From: a virus | DNA length: 64,000 nucleotides | IMG/VR virus record: IMGVR_UViG_3300033485_000001 | Location: 64,001 to 128,000 of that record | Strand: one strand, 5' to 3' | Shown: one piece after another, positions 9,578 to 18,317 of the stretch | Layout of the letters: every line of letters starts with the position of its first letter | Numbering within the stretch: the stretch's first letter is position 1 | Notes under the pieces: model-generated | What the model was told of the DNA's origin: nothing | The model's input: the letters and a program-made list of their open reading frames with translations, nothing else | Databases searched by the model: none | Position numbers and translations under genes: made by a program

Positions 9578-9826
9578 ATGGACATCGAGCAGATCGTGGA
9601 AGAGTTGCGCGACATGAAGGCCACGCTCCACACGGCGGTGGAGAAGCTGGACACGCTGATCTTCAACTTCAACATGATCCACCAAGCTCAGGTGGATCAG
9701 GGCGTGGATCTCCGCGCGGTCCAGGCCCAGTGCGCACAGCGCAGTCTGCGCTGCCCCGTGTTGAAGTCATACCCGCCCCCAACCCCTACGCCTACTCCTG
9801 CAACTGGTAACGGAGGTGTGCCATGA
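9578..9826 (+). CDS. Small coiled-coil protein with Pro/Thr-rich tail
   Basis: GGAG before ATG 9578; ATGA overlap with the next gene. Confidence 0.65.
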   Translation: MDIEQIVEELRDMKATLHTAVEKLDTLIFNFNMIHQAQVDQGVDLRAVQAQCAQRSLRCPVLKSYPPPTPTPTPATGNGGVP

Positions 9827-10608
9827 CGCCTCCTCCCGGAAAGGGTTTGGACAACCCGTTCGAGACACCACTCCCTGACAGGGAGATGTACCCCGACGAC
9901 GAGGTGTCTCAGGTCAAGAGTCCCGACGATGCGTGGAAGAAGCTGGAGAAGCTGGATCGTGTCCTGAACCGCATGGTCGTTCCGATCCAGCAGATACCGG
10001 AGATTGCGGAGAAGGTGAGCGACATCGGAGAGCGCGTCACCCGAGTAGAGGAGCGCGTTGCCACCACGAAGGATCGTGTTGACGGTCTCGATCAGCAGTC
10101 ACGACGTCCGCACGATTGCTTCCAGGTCGACAACATCGAACGTGTCGAGGTGGCTGCGCTCTCGCTCCGCAAGGACGTGGAGGATGACACGAGGAAGCTG
10201 GGCCTCATCGCAGCCGACGTGGACCACATCAAGACCAACGTGAAGGCGGCGAAGGAGGTGAAGCGATCCAACCACTACTACTGGATCGGGATCGCTGCCA
10301 GCTTCCTCCTCGCTGGAGCTGGTGCAGTCTGGTACATGCGCGGCGTCAGTGCCGAGATCCAGATGGAGGCGTTGGCCCGAGACGCCCAGTTCAAACAGGT
10401 CGAGGTCGTGCTGACCAAGGTGTCACGGCAGACCGATCCCGCTCCGGTCAAGGAGCAGCTCGAACAGCTCCAGACTGCTGTAGAAGAGAACGGCGAAGCC
10501 GAACTCGAGGAGTGGTGCTCGAAGTTGCCTGAGTCCGACATGGAGAGGCTGAAGTCCTCTTTGCCGAGGAGCTCCTGGCCGAAGTGCAGTAGACTTGGGG
10601 GACCATGA
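9823..10608 (+). CDS. Coiled-coil protein with one transmembrane helix
   Basis: YYWIGIAASFLLAGAGAVWYM hydrophobic segment flanked by coiled coils. Confidence 0.7.
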   Translation: MTPPPGKGLDNPFETPLPDREMYPDDEVSQVKSPDDAWKKLEKLDRVLNRMVVPIQQIPEIAEKVSDIGERVTRVEERVATTKDRVDGLDQQSRRPHDCFQVDNIERVEVAALSLRKDVEDDTRKLGLIAADVDHIKTNVKAAKEVKRSNHYYWIGIAASFLLAGAGAVWYMRGVSAEIQMEALARDAQFKQVEVVLTKVSRQTDPAPVKEQLEQLQTAVEENGEAELEEWCSKLPESDMERLKSSLPRSSWPKCSRLGGP

Positions 10609-11138
10609 CCATTCCGGCAGCAGTTGGTGATCCAGTTCTTCTCGTCGAGGCGATGCCTGACGGCAACACCGGGGTCTACCCGCAGGCGGAGATCTACGAC
10701 GTCGGCGGGATCGTCCCTCTGGCTGTCGTGGACCTCGATCATCAGGTGAAGGGTAGATACGAGGGAAGCTGGACGCCAACATCGGTAGGCTCCTACTCGG
10801 CGCTCTTCATCGTCTACGCCGACGCGGCTCACACGGTGGAGAGCATCGTCTACACAAGAGAGGCGGAGCAGATCTTCGTCTCCGCGTCCGACGTGGACGA
10901 CCTGGCCGCCATGTTGATCCGGGTCTTGGGCCTCGTCCACGAGAACGTGTTCATCGACAACACCACCTACGATCCGAACTGCATGCTCCTCACGGCGCGG
11001 CTCAGGCTCTTCGCGACCAAGGCGGAAGCCCAGGCCGCAACCGATGGTGGAAGCGAGCCTGCGCTTCAGACCTACACGATCGACGCTTCCTACGAGGGAC
11101 CTGGTAGAATGAAGCAGTACAGGATGGTGAAGGACTGA
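10605..11138 (+). CDS. Putative virion structural protein
   Basis: ATGA-coupled; beta-rich Ig-like N-terminus (GRYEGSWTPTSVGSYSALFIVY). Confidence 0.7.
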   Translation: MTIPAAVGDPVLLVEAMPDGNTGVYPQAEIYDVGGIVPLAVVDLDHQVKGRYEGSWTPTSVGSYSALFIVYADAAHTVESIVYTREAEQIFVSASDVDDLAAMLIRVLGLVHENVFIDNTTYDPNCMLLTARLRLFATKAEAQAATDGGSEPALQTYTIDASYEGPGRMKQYRMVKD

Positions 11139-11440
11139 TGCCGACATGCGGGATGGCGATCGTAACACGGGGGATGATCTATCCGCCTTCGGAGATCTAC
11201 CCCGTCGTCTGCGACAAGCCAACCGTGCATGCCGTTGTCGAGGTGCGTCCACAGATCCGGGTCACCGTTCCTCCTGTTGCGGAAGGTCCTGCTGGCGTAC
11301 CATTGGTGCTGGCCGCCTCTGATCTCAGACCAGAGGTTGTCAAGACGAGGGGTCCAGACCTCGGCACTACCCAGGACAAGCCGACGGTGGTGTCCTCCGA
11401 TGACCTGAAGCCGCAGATCGTGGACACCGAGGAGGAGTGA
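11138..11440 (+). CDS. Hypothetical protein, 100 aa
   Basis: TGATG-coupled; internal repeat of V..DLRP/DLKP. Confidence 0.6.
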   Translation: MPTCGMAIVTRGMIYPPSEIYPVVCDKPTVHAVVEVRPQIRVTVPPVAEGPAGVPLVLAASDLRPEVVKTRGPDLGTTQDKPTVVSSDDLKPQIVDTEEE

Positions 11441-11441
11441 C

Positions 11442-12380
11442 GTGGCCGTCATCAAGCTGAAGATCTACGTTGCCAACCTCTCGAACGTCATCGGCCTGTT
11501 TGACAAGATGCAGGTCTGGCGTTCAGAGACTGGTATCCTTGGGACCTACTTTGAGATCACCGGACCTACCGCTCAGGCTGCTACGCTGCTCGGGTCTGTC
11601 GCCGGTCCGTTCACGCTGAACAGCAAGACGATCAAGCTGAAGGTGAATCAGGGATCCGAGCAGACGCTCACCATCGTCAGCGCAGACCCAATCGGCATCG
11701 ATGATCTGGTGGACTTCATCAACGGCATCCCGAGCACGGGGCTCGTGGCGTCGGAGGACGGGGGCAAGCTGCGGCTGTCGACGGTGGCGACGGGGACGGT
11801 ATCGGTAATCGAGATCACGGGTGGTACGGCGCTGACCGACCTCGGCTTCACTGCGGGGCAGATCGACAACGGCGAGGATCCAAGGATCACGCTGTCGCCG
11901 CTGTCCACGTCCTACGAGTACGACGATCAAAGCGGGGATCCGGACAACTACTACAAGGTCCGCTACTACAACAGCGGAACAGGGACCTTCTCCAGCTTCG
12001 GTGATCCCGTCAAGGGAGACATCGGGTCCATCGTGGCCCCAACCGACCTGGTCAAGGCATATGCCACGTTCGCCAAGCTCGACGGCAAGCCGGTCTCTGG
12101 TACCGCCGTGATCTTCTACAACGTCTTCATGCCACCGCTCCAGGTGGGTGACATCGGCATCATCGGACGAGAGATCCGAGTCGAGACTGATCAGGCGGGT
12201 TACCTGGAGACGATGCTGGTCAAGGGTTCGCTGGTGGACGTGATCATCTCTGGGACAGGGATCATCCGCCGCATCACGGTCCCGACCGCCGACTTCAACA
12301 TCATGTCGGCGGTGGCTGCGGCGGACGACAACTTCCAGATCCAGATCCCGGACATCCCGGCGGCGGTGAGAAGATCATGA
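11442..12380 (+). CDS. Virion structural protein (sheath-like module + prealbumin-like C-terminal domain)
   Basis: GGAGGAG SD before GTG; the C-terminal TD..GY.E..L domain is shared with 12896-13849. Confidence 0.7.
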   Translation: MAVIKLKIYVANLSNVIGLFDKMQVWRSETGILGTYFEITGPTAQAATLLGSVAGPFTLNSKTIKLKVNQGSEQTLTIVSADPIGIDDLVDFINGIPSTGLVASEDGGKLRLSTVATGTVSVIEITGGTALTDLGFTAGQIDNGEDPRITLSPLSTSYEYDDQSGDPDNYYKVRYYNSGTGTFSSFGDPVKGDIGSIVAPTDLVKAYATFAKLDGKPVSGTAVIFYNVFMPPLQVGDIGIIGREIRVETDQAGYLETMLVKGSLVDVIISGTGIIRRITVPTADFNIMSAVAAADDNFQIQIPDIPAAVRRS

Positions 12381-12577
12381 GGAACTACGACAAAAAACCA
12401 AACCGCTGCGCGTGTCGGGATTGGGCCTATACACATCAGCACGTGTACGTGTCTGGTTTGCACCACCCTTCGTGCCCCATGGGGCACAACATCATGAGAT
12501 GTGAGTGTCAGCTCTGCAAGGAGCTGCGAGGGGAGGGGCGACGTGGAACAGCTGTGCTGGCCGGGCGGAGGGTGTGA
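12377..12577 (+). CDS. Small Cys/His-rich protein, 66 aa
   Basis: Translationally coupled at both ends (ATGA at 12377, TGATG at 12575); CAC...H.H...HH..C..GH...CEC..C. Confidence 0.5.
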   Translation: MRNYDKKPNRCACRDWAYTHQHVYVSGLHHPSCPMGHNIMRCECQLCKELRGEGRRGTAVLAGRRV

Positions 12578-12894
12578 TGCCAGCTCTGACGGGAATCCCG
12601 ATCGCAGCCCTGTTTGCCATGGCGCGGCAGATCTCTCGGCGGGAGAAGATCGACGAGTACCGGCACGCCACCTCGGAGACAGAGAATCGTCGGAACGTAG
12701 AGCACGAGGAGCGTGCGCGAGAGGTGGGTCTCGAAAGGATGCGTTCGATCTCCAGCGCGCAACTGATGTCCCAGATCACGGGGGACGGCCTTCCTCCAGG
12801 AATTGTCGTACCTCGAGGGGCTGGAGTCCCAAAGCCATTCGTGACACCATTCGTTCCACAGCTCGTGGCATCTCCAGGGGCATGGCGGAAGTGA
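12577..12894 (+). CDS. Hypothetical protein
   Basis: GGAGGG SD before ATG 12577 (MPALTGIPIAALFAM). Confidence 0.6.
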   Translation: MPALTGIPIAALFAMARQISRREKIDEYRHATSETENRRNVEHEERAREVGLERMRSISSAQLMSQITGDGLPPGIVVPRGAGVPKPFVTPFVPQLVASPGAWRK

Positions 12895-12895
12895 A

Positions 12896-13849
12896 ATGGC
12901 AGCACCAGAGACAGTTCGTGTCTATGCGAAGGACGAGAACGACGATCCGCTCGTTGGCGTGCTCGTCAGGTTCTTCGATGACGCCGAGGTCTTCGTCACG
13001 CAGCAGCTCACTGCCCTCGTAGGCGCAGAAGCCTATGCCGAGGTCACGCTCGACGGGGACACGGTTCCCATCGACTACACGATCCGGTTGCAGAAGACGG
13101 GGGTCTCGTTCGACGGAACGCTCGGGGACGACAGCAAGACGCCGCAGTCGATCAGCGTCTACTCTCCGGCCTCACTGTCGCCCACCGGAACGAACAACTT
13201 CGAGGTGCAGGGGCAGACCTACACGCGGCCAGCAGCGTCCGACCCACGCCTGTGCAGGTGCTCCGGCTACTTCGTGGACTACAGGGGGCAGCCGCTCAAG
13301 AACCTCGAGATGCACTTCATCGCGCCGTGCTTCAACACGAACCAGCCTCCGTGGAACCCGCTGATTGTGGACGAGAAGGCTGTTCTCAGCACGAAGATCT
13401 ACGCCAAGACGGACTCGCGCGGGTACATGGAGATCGACCTGTTCAGGACTGGTCTGTACCAGGTCATGGTCAGGGGCATCGAGACATCGAACAGGCTCGT
13501 GACGGTTCCCGACGCGCCGTCCGTGAACCTGGTGGATCTCCTCTTCCCGGTGGTGGGTGAGGTGACCTTCAGCTCCAATCCGGTTGCCGTCCCGCTCAAC
13601 GACTACGTCGATCTCGATGTTACCGTGGTGGCGACGGACGGTCAGGTACTGGTGCTCTCCAACAACGACGTCATCTTCGAGAGCCAGAATCTCGGAGTTG
13701 CCATCGTTCAGATCGTGGAAAATAAGCTCAGGGTCATGGGATCCGGTGTTGGTTCCACGACCATCACAGCTCGGAGAGCGGACACGAGTACGGTCACCAT
13801 CCCAACAGAGCCAGTGATCTACACGCCACTCTCCGTAACGGTGTCGTGA
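12896..13849 (+). CDS. Virion structural protein with prealbumin-like and C-terminal Ig-like (Big_2-type) domains
   Basis: C-terminal VIFESQNLGVAIV...GSGVGSTTITA is Ig-like; the middle domain is paralogous to 11442-12380. Confidence 0.7.
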   Translation: MAAPETVRVYAKDENDDPLVGVLVRFFDDAEVFVTQQLTALVGAEAYAEVTLDGDTVPIDYTIRLQKTGVSFDGTLGDDSKTPQSISVYSPASLSPTGTNNFEVQGQTYTRPAASDPRLCRCSGYFVDYRGQPLKNLEMHFIAPCFNTNQPPWNPLIVDEKAVLSTKIYAKTDSRGYMEIDLFRTGLYQVMVRGIETSNRLVTVPDAPSVNLVDLLFPVVGEVTFSSNPVAVPLNDYVDLDVTVVATDGQVLVLSNNDVIFESQNLGVAIVQIVENKLRVMGSGVGSTTITARRADTSTVTIPTEPVIYTPLSVTVS

Positions 13850-14232
13850 TCTTGGATCGTAACGAGGAGTATCTGAGGAGGCTCGCCGAGCACGAGGCGT
13901 TCAAGAGCCTCTGTCGCAGCCTCATCGTTCGAGCCCTCCGAGACTATGTCACCTACAAGACTGCCAGAAAGCCTGGAGAGCGCAGGCTGTACGCCGAAGC
14001 AACCGAGTGGATCTTCGACGGCCACAGCGTCGATGTTCCGGCGAGCACTGATCCGATCCACCTGGGCAGTCGCGGGGACATCCAGATGGAGCTCCTTGAG
14101 CTCGACCGACTCATGAGCTTCGATTCCATTTGTGCTATCCTCGGGTGGGATGCGGACATGGTGCGAAGACGAGCGAAGGTGCTTACCCAAGCAGATCTTG
14201 ATCGCATCGGGCCGAATCTCATGGATCTGTGA
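13846..14232 (+). CDS. Hypothetical protein
   Basis: GTGA overlap coupling at both ends. Confidence 0.65.
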   Translation: MILDRNEEYLRRLAEHEAFKSLCRSLIVRALRDYVTYKTARKPGERRLYAEATEWIFDGHSVDVPASTDPIHLGSRGDIQMELLELDRLMSFDSICAILGWDADMVRRRAKVLTQADLDRIGPNLMDL

Positions 14233-17200
14233 GCGTGGGCTACTCGAGTGATGAGAGAGACGCAGCGGTCTCGAGGTTGGTTCAGGGTACCCTGTCCTTC
14301 CCGGTGGATCGGCTCGGCGTCAGGAATCAGGCCACCCCCTTCGAGGAGGTGAGGGAGCTGGCGAACTCCGCCCTCCTCTACGATCCAGACGCCGTCTTCT
14401 TCATCATCTACCAGGCGGCCAAGGCGCTAGGAAACACGGTGAGAGCGGAGGTGCAGCTCTGCGACGACCTCCTCGACGCTGTGGACGATCTGGCAATGCC
14501 GGACAAGCCTATCGAGGACGTGTCCTCGCTCTCCGACGCGGCCACGTCCCTGACCATCATGCAGGGGGCGCTGGCGCGCAGGGGTGTGGTCGGGGCCTCG
14601 GAGTACAACAGGTACAACGCGGCGATCAGTCGTGCCACGAAAGAGATCGGTAGGACGGCACGGATGACCTACGTCCCACGAGGCGGCACTCAGGTCATCA
14701 AGGACGTGGTCCGCAGCAGCTCGGAGGCGAAGGTCGAGGTGCTGTCCCTCTTCAAGAGCCTGAAGACCGAGCACGATGAGCTGCTTGCACGCATCGGGTA
14801 CATCCTCGCGTCCTACGACCAGTTCGTCGCTGCCAACCTCTCGGGCATCGTTGGCCAGCGTCAGCTTTCTCGGGCTGCGTCCGAGATGAAGGCGCTGCAC
14901 GGAGATCTGGATCCCAAGACCCCGATGGAGCGGACGGCTACAGCGCGGGCTTCGCTGCTCCAGGTCCTCGCCAACAAGAGCGTGGTCAAGTCGCTGAAGA
15001 CCAGGGTTCTGCCGGGAGACGCTCGAGTGGAGCAGGAGTCGGGTGCCACACCGCAGTACCGCATCTCCCCGGCTGGGACGGGGACGCCGGCGGATGTTGA
15101 AGGCACCATCAGCGCACCATGGGCGATCCAGGCTGGCCACAGCGACCGTCTCCGGGGAAACTACAACGGGACCGTCGTGGACGTGGACCTGGTGGATGGG
15201 TCCGACTCGGGAATCTCTGGGATTCAGCAGGCTCATGTAGACGGCTTCGAGATCGGAGACTTTGCTGTCCACGCCGACATCCCCACACCCTACGATCTCG
15301 TTTCGGATGTGGAGCCATTCACAATCCCACCGAACCCTTACACGCCGGGATTTGGCTTGTTCCAGATCGAGATGGATGGGGACATCTACGAGTGCCAGAT
15401 CGTGGTGGGTGGGGGATCCCGTACCGCAGCAGAGGTGTGCGCGGACCTGTCCAACCCGGCGAGGTGGTTTGCTCCGCTGGGGAAACCACCACTGAACTTC
15501 ACGGCCACGAACCTGATTACCATCGCATACGTGAATGGATCACCGCCATCTTCGTACCCAGAGCGGTACATGCGCGTGGTGAAAGGGTACTTGGCGATTA
15601 CAGATCTGTGGGACTGGTACGTGGACGTCCCTGGCGTCGGGCTCGTGGCTGGAGAGAAATCGTTTGGTTGGAACGCCAACAACGAGTTGTGGATCCATCC
15701 GAACGACTACGACGACTTCGTCTCGAGTCCCATCGTCGCGACGCTTCCAGACGGGGACTTCCCGGACTTCTTGATCACACCAGCGCAGGTGAAGGCTGCC
15801 ATCGACGCGGCAGCAACGGCCTCCTCAGAGGAGTTCGAGGGAGTCACCATCACCGACGCCGCTGGAACTCGGATTGGTGTGGCCTCGACCTGGAGCAGGA
15901 ACGTGAACGGCTCCGTCGTGGACGGCGGCGAGGGCTCCGCCATCACCATCAGGAGCGATGGGCTGAGAACGAGCGGCAGCAGAACAGGTCTCGGCACGCC
16001 CAGCTTCCTCGGCATGAGGACCTTGGGGTTTTCGGACGGGCAGGAGTCCGTCGAGGGTGACATCAGCGGCCAGACCGTTGTGAAGACCCTGAACCAGAAC
16101 GCGGGTTTCGGGGCACAGGCAAAAGCATCTCTGATCAAGCGTTCCTACTTCGAGAGTACGGAGGGCATCTGGAGTGCGGGTGGCACGCTTCTGAAGCTCC
16201 AGGACGCTGATCCAACAGTAGATTGGCCACCTGCATCACAGCTGAAGGTGACCATCAAGGCAGGAGGCAACCGAGGCGTCTACGGCGTCACCGGCTACGG
16301 GTGGACGAACCTCGGAGGTTTCGACTACCTGTACCTCAGCTTGGACCGAAGGATGCGGTCTGAGGAGCCAACGACGTATCAGCACTTCGAGGTCTACTCG
16401 GAGTTCATCAGGCTCGAGTCGTTGGTGGACACGACGGTCAGCAGGATCACTCTCAGCGACCCGACCACCATCCCAGCGACCACGGTGAGGAAGGTGTTGG
16501 GGCTGTCCTCCGCTCCCCACTACGGGTCCGTCGCGAAGATGCTCGTAGAGTGGAACGAGCCGGGCATCGGATGGAAGCCCTACGATGCCCGCTCCAGGAA
16601 GATCAAGATTGGGGACAAGGTGGTCAAGAGCGACGGCTCCGTCTACGCGACGGTCTCGTCCGTATCCGAGTTGGAGAGCGGGCTCGTCGGTGTGGATCCG
16701 GAAGTGATCAACTGGATCTCGCTCGGTGCGTTCTCGATCGAGTCGGCGGACTACCTTGCGTACAAGACCTTCATCGAGGCTCTCCAGGTCTGGTGGCGTG
16801 CGTTCGCCTACCAGGAAGACCTCGACTCCCTGGACCGTGTGATCAATACGATTCTGCGCAGCCATCCAAACAAGGACCGCGTGGATTCGGTCTACAACGC
16901 CGTCTCGGACCTTCGAGATGAGCTCACCGGAACAGGTTCGCTGGAGGAACTGATCCAGGCGTTCTCAGTCCGGACGGTCCAGTCGGCAAGTACGGCGGCG
17001 AGAGCACTCGAGGATCGAGGGCTGGATAGGGCTCGGGAGCTGCTGCTTCAGGGTCGCTTCGAGGAGTTCTTCGCGACGACATCGAGGACAGCGAGTCATG
17101 GAGGGGCGTTCCTCGACGCGGCTGCGAAGGCTGTGGTGCAGGACCTGAACGAGGCCAACCCAGCGAAGGCGCGCTTCAGCGCCGTGTACCGTCGGCAGGT

Positions 17201-17324
17201 CGGGGACTGGAGAGAGGATGTGGATCCGACGTCCGACTTCACTGGTACCGAGGAGGAGCTTCCCGACGAGGAGCTCGAGGAGTACTGGCCTGGCATAGAC
17301 GAGGACGTGCAGGGTGAGCACTGA
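14229..17324 (+). CDS. Large virion/baseplate-associated protein, 1031 aa
   Basis: Helical N- and C-terminal regions enclose beta-rich modules; lies directly upstream of baseplate genes. Confidence 0.75.
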   Translation: MSVGYSSDERDAAVSRLVQGTLSFPVDRLGVRNQATPFEEVRELANSALLYDPDAVFFIIYQAAKALGNTVRAEVQLCDDLLDAVDDLAMPDKPIEDVSSLSDAATSLTIMQGALARRGVVGASEYNRYNAAISRATKEIGRTARMTYVPRGGTQVIKDVVRSSSEAKVEVLSLFKSLKTEHDELLARIGYILASYDQFVAANLSGIVGQRQLSRAASEMKALHGDLDPKTPMERTATARASLLQVLANKSVVKSLKTRVLPGDARVEQESGATPQYRISPAGTGTPADVEGTISAPWAIQAGHSDRLRGNYNGTVVDVDLVDGSDSGISGIQQAHVDGFEIGDFAVHADIPTPYDLVSDVEPFTIPPNPYTPGFGLFQIEMDGDIYECQIVVGGGSRTAAEVCADLSNPARWFAPLGKPPLNFTATNLITIAYVNGSPPSSYPERYMRVVKGYLAITDLWDWYVDVPGVGLVAGEKSFGWNANNELWIHPNDYDDFVSSPIVATLPDGDFPDFLITPAQVKAAIDAAATASSEEFEGVTITDAAGTRIGVASTWSRNVNGSVVDGGEGSAITIRSDGLRTSGSRTGLGTPSFLGMRTLGFSDGQESVEGDISGQTVVKTLNQNAGFGAQAKASLIKRSYFESTEGIWSAGGTLLKLQDADPTVDWPPASQLKVTIKAGGNRGVYGVTGYGWTNLGGFDYLYLSLDRRMRSEEPTTYQHFEVYSEFIRLESLVDTTVSRITLSDPTTIPATTVRKVLGLSSAPHYGSVAKMLVEWNEPGIGWKPYDARSRKIKIGDKVVKSDGSVYATVSSVSELESGLVGVDPEVINWISLGAFSIESADYLAYKTFIEALQVWWRAFAYQEDLDSLDRVINTILRSHPNKDRVDSVYNAVSDLRDELTGTGSLEELIQAFSVRTVQSASTAARALEDRGLDRARELLLQGRFEEFFATTSRTASHGGAFLDAAAKAVVQDLNEANPAKARFSAVYRRQVGDWREDVDPTSDFTGTEEELPDEELEEYWPGIDEDVQGEH

Positions 17325-17670
17325 GCAGGAACAGCGGGATCAAACCGCAGTAGACGAGATCCGGAAGGCCCTCGCGGACGGGTTCGCCCACGTGCGCGGA
17401 GCGGAGGTTCGCGATGGCATCGCTGCGCTCACGTTCGACGAGATGCTTGCGCGTTCCATCCAGGAGATCGACACTGATGAGACGGACATCCGGGTGTCGA
17501 AGCTCTCCGCCGTACGGGCGGTGAGGCAGGGTGTGAGGGACGCCGTGGCGCAGGCTGCTCGGATGCCTCCGGAGATGTTCGTGCTGAACAACACGAGCGA
17601 GGCAACGAACACGAACGAGGACGGATCCGAACCGGAGCCCACGGACGAGGAGGGCACTACCAGTGGTTGA
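17314..17670 (+). CDS. Hypothetical protein
   Basis: Overlap-coupled ORF with an acidic C-terminus. Confidence 0.65.
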   Translation: MSTEQEQRDQTAVDEIRKALADGFAHVRGAEVRDGIAALTFDEMLARSIQEIDTDETDIRVSKLSAVRAVRQGVRDAVAQAARMPPEMFVLNNTSEATNTNEDGSEPEPTDEEGTTSG

Positions 17671-18316
17671 TCTTCAGGTCATCGAGATGCGGGACATCCT
17701 GAAAGTGACCGGAGTCACCTTCGTCCCGGACTTCACCCCTCCGACACTCCTCGTGAAGGGCCAGGACTTCAACAACGCCTTCGAGGTCTACATCAACGAG
17801 TCCAAGTCGCCCAGCGTCGTCATCTCGAACAGCCAGCAACTGCTGGCCCAGGTTCCTGAGTCGGAGACGGACGCTCCTATCAGGTCCATCGTGGTCGTCA
17901 GCTCGAGGCTCATGAAGATCGAGCGCAGCAAGGTCATGTTCCGACTGGGGGACAGCCCGAAGTCGGTGGACGGGTTCGAGCGGCTCATCCAGACCTTTCT
18001 GAAGATCATGCTCCAGTCCACGAACACGGACATCTTCTCTCCGAAGCTCGGCGGCAACCTCCTCAGCGCAGTAGGTAAGCTGATCAGCAACCCGTCCAGC
18101 CAGACGCTCACTACGGACTTCACCCTGGCCGTTACACGAGCCAGGCAGCAAATCATGGCTCTCCAGGTAGGAGATCCGACTCTCAACCTCAACGAACGGC
18201 TCGCCTTCGCGAAGGTGCTCGAGGTGAAGTTCGTGCCGAGCGAGCTCGCGCTACTCGGTAGGGTCCATCTCGGCAACCAGGCGGGACGTCAATCCGCTGT
18301 CGGCTTGGGGCTGTAA
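17663..18316 (+). CDS. Baseplate wedge gp25/gpW-like protein with N-terminal Ig/IPT-like domain
   Basis: RLIQTFLKIML...DIFSPKLGGNL resembles the gp25 L.Q.I..IL.T..G...P.FG..L pattern; precedes a baseplate J-like gene. Confidence 0.6.
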   Translation: MVDLQVIEMRDILKVTGVTFVPDFTPPTLLVKGQDFNNAFEVYINESKSPSVVISNSQQLLAQVPESETDAPIRSIVVVSSRLMKIERSKVMFRLGDSPKSVDGFERLIQTFLKIMLQSTNTDIFSPKLGGNLLSAVGKLISNPSSQTLTTDFTLAVTRARQQIMALQVGDPTLNLNERLAFAKVLEVKFVPSELALLGRVHLGNQAGRQSAVGLGL

Positions 18317-18317
18317 C

